64,000 nucleotides of DNA from Limisphaerales bacterium (GTDB lineage Bacteria; Verrucomicrobiota; Verrucomicrobiia; Limisphaerales; SIBE01), in assembly GCA_044225505.1 (NCBI GenBank), contig JBGAIN010000011.1, positions 1 to 64,000 on the forward strand. Direction: 5' to 3'. Every line of letters starts with the position of its first letter. The first letter of the stretch is position 1. Shown here piece after piece: positions 1-7,323 of the stretch. The translations under genes and the position numbers were made by a program. The notes below the pieces were generated by a model. That model did not search any database. It had not been told where the DNA came from and saw only the letters and a program-made list of their open reading frames with translations.

Positions 1-1620
1 GCTTTGGTCGAGCATGCGCCCAGACTCAAACTCCCACAAACGGACGGAACCATCGTTTCCTCCAGTCACGAGCAGGCACCCGTCCAGCGAGAGGCGCAGG
101 GCTTGAGTGAGGAGGCCCAGGTTCCTGGTTGTGTTCGTTCCGGTGGCTGACCACGAGCGCTCCAGCTTTCGAGCAGACAGGTTCCAAATATTGACGCCAC
201 CGTCGGTTCCCAGGGAGATGGCAGAGTTTGCATCTGGCGTAAGTGCCATGGCGGCGACTCCATCCCGGTGATGACCAATGACCAGAGAATCATTTGCCTG
301 CGAGCGTTCCCAGGAGTGCCGCCATTCCCAACCGCGCTGACCGCGCTGCATCAACGAGGAGGCGATCTCCGCCAGCGTGGCACGCGCAAGCACGAGGTTG
401 TTGGCTTCCAAAGCTTCGTTGGCCAGATGCACGTTAGCCACATAAAGGTGCCGCGCCGCCAAGTCCCGGGCGCGCGCGGCGCGCAAAGCCAGCAATGGCC
501 CACCGGTCGAAATCACCGCCAGGAGGATGGCTGAAAATGCAACGGCGGCGGCCAAGACCGGCTTTCGCTTGCACCAGCGTCGGAGCTTTTCCGCACCGCT
601 GATGGGCCGTGCTTTCACCGGTTCATTATGCAAAAAGCGCTGCAGGTCATCCGCTAGCTCACGGGAAGCGGTATATCGGTGCGCAGGCTCCTTGTGCAGG
701 CATTTAAGGCAGATTGTTTCGAGGTCGGGAGGAATTCCTCCAGCGAGAGCGCCTGGGGGCACGGGCTCTCTTTGGAGCACCTGCTGGATTGTGTCGGCGG
801 TGTGTGCGGCATAGAAAGGTGGCCGGCCCGTGAGCAGATGATAAAGGACGGCGCCCATGGAATAGACGTCGGCTGCAGTGCCGACTTCGCCAAAAGCAGC
901 GCTCAATTGTTCCGGTGAGGAGTAGCTCGGTGAACCCAGCGTTTGACCTGTTTCGGTGAGTTGCGCATCTCGATCGAAACGCTTCGCAAGGCCGAAATCA
1001 GTGACGCGCGGCTCATTGTGGTCATCCAGCAAGACGTTCGACGGCTTCAAGTCGCGATGCAAGACACGGTGGTCATGAGCGTGTTGGATGGCACGGGCGA
1101 TTCGCTCCACATACCGTGCGGCCTCTGAGGGTAACTGCGCCTTCCCGCTATGAACCAAGTGCGCCAATGTCCGCCCGGAGAGAAGTTCCATCGAAAAGCA
1201 CGGCTGGCCTTCGAGTTCGAAGAATTCGTAAATGGAAATGAGGTTTGGATGGCGAAGGACTGCGGTCGCTTCGGCTTCCGCTCGGAAGCGACGAATCTCG
1301 GAGGCAGTGGCAAATCGTCCCGCCAGGATCATCTTCAGTGCTACCAATCGGCCCAGGGGAATCTGTCGGGCTTTCCAAACGACCCCCATGCCGCCACGCC
1401 CGATTTCCTCGATTAATTCATAATCGCCGAAACGCACCGAAGGCTGGACTCCGCCTGTTCCTGAGGAATTGCTGCAGTCAGGGATAGATTCGGATGCGGT
1501 CAGAGCACCGCGCAATTCACATTGCGGACAGAAGCCGTTCCGCAATTCTGGTGCGCCCCGTCCGCCGCATTCTGGGCAGTTGCCAGGATCAAGACCAGTT
1601 TCGCTATCCATTCTGTGCAT
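1..1620 (-). CDS. Ser/Thr protein kinase with TM helix and WD40 repeats (3' end runs off the window)
   Basis: Manual translation (absent from the ORF track because no stop lies in the window): MHRMDSETG..CPECGG..FCPQC..FGDYELIEEIGRGGMGVVWKARQ..VALKMI..HRDLKPSNVLLD..DFGLAK..GSPSYSSPEQ..DVYSMG, then a TM segment, GWEWR, and WD40-like LVTGGNDGSVRLWE. Alternative start at 1611. Confidence 0.92.
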   Translation of the reverse strand, partial: MHRMDSETGLDPGNCPECGGRGAPELRNGFCPQCELRGALTASESIPDCSNSSGTGGVQPSVRFGDYELIEEIGRGGMGVVWKARQIPLGRLVALKMILAGRFATASEIRRFRAEAEATAVLRHPNLISIYEFFELEGQPCFSMELLSGRTLAHLVHSGKAQLPSEAARYVERIARAIQHAHDHRVLHRDLKPSNVLLDDHNEPRVTDFGLAKRFDRDAQLTETGQTLGSPSYSSPEQLSAAFGEVGTAADVYSMGAVLYHLLTGRPPFYAAHTADTIQQVLQREPVPPGALAGGIPPDLETICLKCLHKEPAHRYTASRELADDLQRFLHNEPVKARPISGAEKLRRWCKRKPVLAAAVAFSAILLAVISTGGPLLALRAARARDLAARHLYVANVHLANEALEANNLVLARATLAEIASSLMQRGQRGWEWRHSWERSQANDSLVIGHHRDGVAAMALTPDANSAISLGTDGGVNIWNLSARKLERSWSATGTNTTRNLGLLTQALRLSLDGCLLVTGGNDGSVRLWEFESGRMLDQS

Positions 1621-1668
1621 TGATTTCCCCTCTACTCGCGAAATCGGCCTCACCGAGTGGCAGGAGTT

Positions 1669-2403
1669 TCATTCGCCACTAAAAATTGCGAGCAGGCAGC
1701 GGATTTCAGTATCTATCTCCCCCGGATGCGCGACGGTTTGAGCAATCTCCTCACGTATTAACTGTTGATGACGTTGCCTCAATCGAAAGATCGCGGACTT
1801 TAACGCGCTTTCCGTCATCCCCAATTCGCTAGAAAGCCGGGTGTAACTCACGGGACCGCGCTCACGTGGGGCGAGATCTTTCACCGCATCGAACAACCGA
1901 CCGTCGCCGCGCTCCTGGTACTCCGTGTGCAGTCGCTGGAAAGCCCTGCGCAGCACCGCCAGCCCCCAACGGCGATCGAATGCTGCATCCGGTCTGAGAG
2001 CGGCGGCCGAGCTGAGTTGCTCGCGCTCTTCGTCGGCTAATTCATCGAGAGAAATGATTGAGTGACCGCCCCCGCGTTTAAGGGCGTTGTCGTAGCGTCG
2101 GGCATCAATCAGGAAGTTTTTGAGAAACGCCAGGAGGAACGACCTGAACCGACCGTCCTGATGACGCAGGTGACTTAGAAAATCCCTTTCCACCAGTCGC
2201 ACGAAAAAGTCCTGGGTCAGGTCCTGGGCTTCGGAAACAGACTTGCCGTCGCGCCGAATAAACCAATAGATCGGCGCCCAATATGCGCGGCACAACGATT
2301 CTAGAGCAGCACACGCTTCAACCGCACTGGAACCTTTGGCGGCGAGCACCTGGCTCCAGCGCGTCGCAGGAAAGACACCGCACTCATTGGAATCAGGTCT
2401 CAT
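1669..2403 (-). CDS. ECF RNA polymerase sigma-70 factor, kinase-associated type
   Basis: FPATRWSQVLAA..ALESLCRAYWAPIYWFIRR..AQDLTQDFF..GRFRSFLL..FDRRW..LKSAIFRLRQR; lies directly upstream of the kinase on the same strand. Confidence 0.9.
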   Translation of the reverse strand: MRPDSNECGVFPATRWSQVLAAKGSSAVEACAALESLCRAYWAPIYWFIRRDGKSVSEAQDLTQDFFVRLVERDFLSHLRHQDGRFRSFLLAFLKNFLIDARRYDNALKRGGGHSIISLDELADEEREQLSSAAALRPDAAFDRRWGLAVLRRAFQRLHTEYQERGDGRLFDAVKDLAPRERGPVSYTRLSSELGMTESALKSAIFRLRQRHQQLIREEIAQTVAHPGEIDTEIRCLLAIFSGE

Positions 2404-2714
2404 TCAACTTCGAGCTTCCGGAGCCGTGGCCAAATCGTGGCGGCAGTTCCTGTGCGTGATGCAGTCGGGATCCCATCATCATGCCGCGGAGCATTTAGAG
2501 ACGTTTCGACACCAAAGGAAAGGCCCAATTCCATTCAGTGAGTCGCCCAGAGATCTGACTTTCTTCTTCAATCGAAACGAACCGGATCAGGACCGACGAG
2601 AGTCGATTCGAGATCGATGCACCCGTATCTGCTGAAATCTCCCGGAGTAGGGGCGTTCTGGCGTGAGCACAAACTATCCCGCAGGATGGGCGGTGAAGTC
2701 GTAGGAATGGCTGC

Positions 2715-2810
2715 CGGTATGCCTGGCTGGCCGGCGGCTTTCTCGAGCACTTTCAGGATAATTGCATCTAGTTCGCCGTTGACCGCTTGGTGTCGTGGCC
2801 GGAGATAGCA
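2715..2810 (-). pseudogene. Short remnant of a Ser/Thr kinase C-lobe
   Basis: Minus-strand translation LRPRHQAVNGELDAIILKVLEK resembles the subdomain-XI region (compare DLETICLKCLHKEP in the intact kinase at 1-1620); no start or other kinase motifs. Confidence 0.4.
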
Positions 2811-2900
2811 GCTTCGACACGGCGGTGACTGTCGGGGAGGCCAAAATGTGGTCCGGACGGACCTTGCTCAGGCGATGCAGTTTAACAGGTTGCGCAAGCA

Positions 2901-3435
2901 ATGACGGTTGCGCGCCCAGGATCAGGTAAGGCGCAGTCGGGGAACGCGTTTACCCTGGTTGAGTTGCTCGTTGTCGTTGCGATCCTCGCAAGCCTGCTTT
3001 TGCCTGCGCTCGCTCGGGGAGAATCTACAGCCTTAGCGGCTGAGTGCCGTCAGAACTTGCGCGACATCGGTCTGGCCATGCGCATGTTCCTGGACGAAGC
3101 CAATGCCTACCCCATCGACCAAGGGAGCAGCCGAATCCTCATCAATGACTTTTACGGCCTGCTCAATCTCACCGACTAGAAGCTCGAGCTTTAACCGCAT
3201 CTTGGAATCATCGACGAATCGGCAAGCAGTTATGTAAAAATGAGGAAGCTCCGCTGCCGCAGATCCTGTGAACCTCCGACCGCGGAAGGAAATGGCCAGT
3301 ATGGATATAACGGTTCCGGTACCGGCAAACCTCAGAGCAAGCTGGACCTCGGGCTGGGAGGGGCTGATTGATCTAAACCCAAACCGGAATCACGTATTGT
3401 CGCGCCCTCTTCCATGATTGCGGCGGGCGATATCG
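2901..3435 (+). pseudogene. Prepilin-type N-terminal cleavage/methylation domain protein, disrupted
   Basis: NAFTLVELLVVVAILASLLLPALA..CRQNLRDIGLAMRMF; premature TAG at 3177-3179; downstream remnants YGYNGSGT..LGLGG and PSMIAAGD typical of this family. Confidence 0.7.
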
Positions 3436-3493
3436 CTCCCGGGCGCGCGAAAAACCCGAGCGGTGGCGTTAGGTTGGAGGTTTGCAGTGGCAA

Positions 3494-3522
3494 CTGTCAA
3501 CCATTTAGATACGACCCCATTG
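3494..3522 (+). repeat. REP/element-end-like motif copy 1 (CTGTCAACCATTTAGATACGACCCCATTG)
   Basis: 19-bp core identical to the reverse complement of 5298-5316; near-identical to 3973-3990. Confidence 0.8.
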
Positions 3523-3967
3523 CAATTCTCCAAGGTGGCTCGAGCCTTGGCCAAATGCGGATACACGAGCTTGGCAAAAAGCCGATAGCGATCGGTTGGC
3601 GCAAAGAGGCTGGCGGAGAGCGCCGCCGTGGAAAAGAGCTCGGACTGAGTCGAGAAGGTGGGTAGGCTCGCGAAGCTCAGCACCGCCAGAGGCAGGAGTA
3701 GCCGTGGACATGCCGCTAGCGTAAGCGCTAGCTCTATTTTATGCAAGCCAAATACCCGATGAAGGTGCAAGTCATCCGCTCCAAAGGTGCGACGCCTCGT
3801 TTTTACATCAATATTCCACTCCCCTTGGCTGCGGCCATCGATCTGGCCGCGGGCGAAGAAATGCAATGGCAACTGATCGGACGGTCCGATCTCCGCTTGC
3901 GGCGCGTCGCCGATCCCGCCGCCCCCACGAAGAACAAAAATAGCCGCTAAGGTTTTTCAGCAGAATC
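3523..3967 (-). mobile_element. Truncated IS1182/IS5-like insertion sequence: one end, AbrB-like passenger and 5' fragment of the transposase
   Basis: Terminal-repeat-like GATTCTGCTGAAAAACC (3967-3951). Transposase N-terminus from ATG 3711 (MSTATPASGGAELRE, frameshift, PTFSTQSELFSTAALSASLFAPTDRYRLFAKLVYPHLAKARATLENC), resembling DUF772-type transposase starts, is cut at the motif at 3522. Confidence 0.6.
3741..3950 (+). CDS. Small AbrB/MazE-like (swapped-hairpin) DNA-binding protein, IS passenger
   Basis: MQAKYPMKVQVIRSKG..FYINIPLPLAAAIDLAAGEEMQWQLIG..LRLRR matches the AbrB pattern (I.IP..LA..L.L..G..V.W). Confidence 0.7.
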   Translation: MQAKYPMKVQVIRSKGATPRFYINIPLPLAAAIDLAAGEEMQWQLIGRSDLRLRRVADPAAPTKNKNSR

Positions 3968-3972
3968 AACGA

Positions 3973-3995
3973 TTAGACGCGACCCCATTGCCCCC
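3973..3995 (+). repeat. REP/element-end-like motif copy 2 (TTAGACGCGACCCCATTGCCCC)
   Basis: Direct copy of 3505-3522 with 2 mismatches; inverted partner of 5294-5315. Confidence 0.75.
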
Positions 3996-4285
3996 TGTCT
4001 ATCTGCCTTTATGCGGCGTGGCCCCCAAGCCGGGCCGCACCGTCTGATCGGGGTCGTATAACCTCAGCGGGGACGAAGACCGACGAGATGCAAGTCAGAC
4101 AGCGTGGCCACGGCAAAAGCATTGTAATCAGCCACTTGAGAGTCTATGGGGGCATCCGATGGATACCCAAAACAGGCACGGATTAAAGTGAGAACGGGAT
4201 TCAGCCGATAGTTAGCGCCAGGGATCTTGTTAATGACAGTCGTATTGTCGAGTCGTCCCGGCCGGTCCACGGGATTTGGAATGGG

Positions 4286-5278
4286 ATGAGCATCTTTGAC
4301 TTTCAGGTTGTTTCAGACCGGTTCGCGCTCCGACGATCCGGTATGGGTTCGCGTCGAGCCGTTCAGGGTTGGATCGGCTGCGTGATATTGCTTCATTTAG
4401 CCATTATAGAGGGCTGGTCTGGCGAGCCTTCGCTAGGACTGCGCCCGGAGACTCTGACAGTGGGCTTTACCAAGTGCGCATTTCTGCACATGAATCGGAG
4501 TGACGTGGACGCGAGCTACCGCGTGCTCGCGGAAACGCTCGGGCGCAAACGAGGGTATCAGATCCATTCCAGCTCAGGAGAGTTCGATGAACCTGCCGAA
4601 CTGGAGGCTGCGTTGCGGGCTGGGACCATCCGTCTGGCGGCGGTGGATTCTTGGTCGTATCTGGCCATGGATAAGCAACTGGTGACTCCGGCGCTTGTTT
4701 CTTCTGAGCATAATCGTGTGGGGCGGACTTACTTGTTGCTCGCCCGTGAAGATAGCGGATTTCGAACGATCGCGGACCTCAAGAACAAGGAGATTATGGA
4801 ATTGGCCACCGCCAACAATTCCCTTGGCCCAAACTGGTTGGAAACGCTATTGCTCACTAACCGGCTGGGACCCAGCGGCGCCTTCTTCGGCCGAGTTGAA
4901 ACCGTCAGCAAGCCCTCGGCTGCTGTGCTGCCAGTCTTTTTCGGGAAGAAGCAGGCTTGTGTCGTCGACACAACCGGCTTCGAAGTGATGAAGGAACTCA
5001 ATCCCCAGGTGGGGAAGACGCTTCACGTCATTGCAAGCTCCGAGCCACTTACCTCCGTGGTCATTTGCTTGCGGAGTGGAGAATGGGCGTCGGAACAGTT
5101 CCGCCGGGATCTGATCCAAGTCCTAGTCGAATGCCACACGGATCCAGCGGGCCAACAGCTGCTTAGTCTATTTAAGACCGATCAACTCATTCCGTTTCAA
5201 GAGTCGCACCTCGATGCCGTGCGCGAGCTTCGATCTCATTACGACCAATTTCACCAGGAAGTCGCAGCGCGACATTGA
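4286..5278 (+). CDS. PhnD/phosphate-phosphite-phosphonate-type substrate-binding protein
   Basis: N-terminal hydrophobic segment; YLLLAREDSGFRTIADLKNK, KPSAAVLPVFFGKKQACVV..FEVMKELNPQVGK..GQQLLSLFK typical of Phosphonate-bd proteins. Start may be downstream. Confidence 0.8.
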   Translation: MSIFDFQVVSDRFALRRSGMGSRRAVQGWIGCVILLHLAIIEGWSGEPSLGLRPETLTVGFTKCAFLHMNRSDVDASYRVLAETLGRKRGYQIHSSSGEFDEPAELEAALRAGTIRLAAVDSWSYLAMDKQLVTPALVSSEHNRVGRTYLLLAREDSGFRTIADLKNKEIMELATANNSLGPNWLETLLLTNRLGPSGAFFGRVETVSKPSAAVLPVFFGKKQACVVDTTGFEVMKELNPQVGKTLHVIASSEPLTSVVICLRSGEWASEQFRRDLIQVLVECHTDPAGQQLLSLFKTDQLIPFQESHLDAVRELRSHYDQFHQEVAARH

Positions 5279-5293
5279 TCCCGGCGATGAGAA

Positions 5294-5326
5294 GGGGCAA
5301 TGGGGTCGTATCTAAAGAGTCGACAG
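5294..5326 (-). repeat. REP/element-end-like motif copy 3 (inverted; GGGGCAATGGGGTCGTATCTAAAGAGTCGACAG on +)
   Basis: Reverse complement matches 3494-3522 (core identical) and 3973-3994. Confidence 0.8.
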
Positions 5327-5371
5327 ATGAGTGCGGCGTTTGGATGGTGGAGGAAAGGCTAGGTCATTCCT

Positions 5372-7207
5372 TTACCTGACCTGGATCAGGCTCGAGATGG
5401 GAACGTCGTATAAGTCGCCGTCGCCTTCACCAGCGGAAATAATCAAATGATCGCCGTCGAGAGTAATGGCTTCGGCTTCCTCGTCCTCGGTGGGAATCCA
5501 GCGGATGGAACCGTCAAACCACCGCTCTTTCTCGGCCGCATCGAAGATCCAGATACCAGTATAAGTGAGCACCGCGAGGCGGCGGCCATCGGCACTGGCG
5601 TTGGCGCCCGTGACCTGGCCGCGCGTGTCAAAGCGATCCAGGAGCGTTAGCACGTTCACCTTGTTTGGATCCGTCGAGTCGAGGCGGTACAGAGTTGTGC
5701 CGGAATCACTCCGGTGTTTCGTGAGCACATACACATGGTCGTGCGCATAGAAGACGGCCTCGGCATCAAAATTCCTCACGACCGAAGGGACCTTCTCCTG
5801 GTCAGGGTAAGCGAAAAAGACTTTTCGTTGGACGCTGGTTTGTCCCACGGACGGATGGGGTTCGAAGATCCAATAGAAGCAGAGGTCCCGCCGGTCGTTC
5901 TGTTCGCTGTTTCCGAAGTCAGCGATAATGAGATTTCCCTGGTCGTCCGTCGTGATGTCTTCCCAGTCAACGTTGACGGCGTCGGGAATATGCACTCCGT
6001 GCGCGGCCCCATACCGCGCGCTCGGGTAGATTCGGCCATCCCGGTGCACAGCAAAGATCCGTGGGATATCGCCGGAATCGTTGTGCGCCCAGTAAACGTC
6101 CTCCCAGAGGCGGCTTTTGACCAGACCGGACGGCTCGGTGTTTGCCGGAACCTCGAGTGAGGCGTAAGGCTTGAGTTTGGCCGGTTGAACATTCGGCAGC
6201 GCCACGCCTTTCATGGGAATACGCGAGGACCCCAGCGGGGTCAGTTGCGCGGTGGCAACGACGGCACGGTGGTCTGACGGATACGGGTCAATCACCAGAT
6301 CCGCGGCCGGTGTCGCTTCACCGACTAGCTCGCAGGCCGTGACTTCAACCGTGGTCCCGGAAAAGAAGACAAAGTCGATGCGATCATGGCGATCCTTGGG
6401 GTCGTTCGGCTTGGTGGTGGGCGTCCAGGTTCGGCCGGGACGCGCGACTTCGTCCGGGAAAACCGTCCGAAACGCGTCGTGCATCCCGGCCTCAATGATG
6501 GCACGCGTGGAAGGATATTCGACGGGCAGCGGGCACAATCCGGCGGCGGCGGCCCGTGTCGTCCAATCCAAGTGGGATGGTTCGTTGAAGTCGCCGGTTA
6601 AGAAGACCGGCGTGTTTTTGGCCACGGCAGGCTTTAGTTCGGAAAGGAGGCTCGTGATTTGGGAACCCCGAGCCTTTCGCGATTCGGCCACGGCTTCCTC
6701 CGCCGTCTTAATAAACGGAGCGTCCGCGTAGGGAGTGCCCAATAGTTGGTAGGGCTGGTAGGGCGCGTGTGACAAATGAGCGTTGAACATCCAAACCTCG
6801 CTGCCTGACGGCAGCTTCACAGAAATCCCCCAGCGGCGAGGCGTGTTCGTCACGATCGGAAATCGACTTATGATCGCGGTGTGGTCTCCTTGATCGAAGT
6901 AATTCCATCCCAGCATTTCCGCGAGCTTTTTGGCGTTATCAGGTTGCACGCCGTTCTTTTCCCAGCCGTGCGTCTCCTGGAGGCCCACAATATCCGCGCC
7001 TGCGGCTCGGATGGCAGCGACGCTCTGCGTTAGGGGTTGCTTGCCGGAGTCCCCTCCGACCCAGAGATTGAACGTCATGACGCGGAGGGTATCTGCGGCG
7101 TTCGCTACGGTGTTAGCGCTCGCAAGTCCGACCAAGCTCAGGCCGGTGACGATGGCGAATCGGTGAAGCTTAGAGAGGATTCCTGGCGCGTACGGGTGAC
7201 CGTGCAT
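5372..7207 (-). CDS. Secreted endonuclease/exonuclease/phosphatase (EEP) family protein fused to a C-terminal beta-propeller-like domain
   Basis: Signal peptide; LRVMTFNLW, DIVGLQE, TGDFNEPSHLDW, DRIDFVF, PSDHRAV; C-domain EPSGL..WAHNDSG..DWEDI..ADFGN..FDAEA. Confidence 0.85.
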   Translation of the reverse strand: MHGHPYAPGILSKLHRFAIVTGLSLVGLASANTVANAADTLRVMTFNLWVGGDSGKQPLTQSVAAIRAAGADIVGLQETHGWEKNGVQPDNAKKLAEMLGWNYFDQGDHTAIISRFPIVTNTPRRWGISVKLPSGSEVWMFNAHLSHAPYQPYQLLGTPYADAPFIKTAEEAVAESRKARGSQITSLLSELKPAVAKNTPVFLTGDFNEPSHLDWTTRAAAAGLCPLPVEYPSTRAIIEAGMHDAFRTVFPDEVARPGRTWTPTTKPNDPKDRHDRIDFVFFSGTTVEVTACELVGEATPAADLVIDPYPSDHRAVVATAQLTPLGSSRIPMKGVALPNVQPAKLKPYASLEVPANTEPSGLVKSRLWEDVYWAHNDSGDIPRIFAVHRDGRIYPSARYGAAHGVHIPDAVNVDWEDITTDDQGNLIIADFGNSEQNDRRDLCFYWIFEPHPSVGQTSVQRKVFFAYPDQEKVPSVVRNFDAEAVFYAHDHVYVLTKHRSDSGTTLYRLDSTDPNKVNVLTLLDRFDTRGQVTGANASADGRRLAVLTYTGIWIFDAAEKERWFDGSIRWIPTEDEEAEAITLDGDHLIISAGEGDGDLYDVPISSLIQVR

Positions 7208-7323
7208 GCGCTAAGGTGATCCTAATCGTATGAAGGCGGCAAGCTCTCTTCAGAATCGTTCAATGCTCTGCTCTCCAGCCAGGTTTTGTTACCTTTTCGT
7301 CAGTTCTGGAACATATCATTGGA

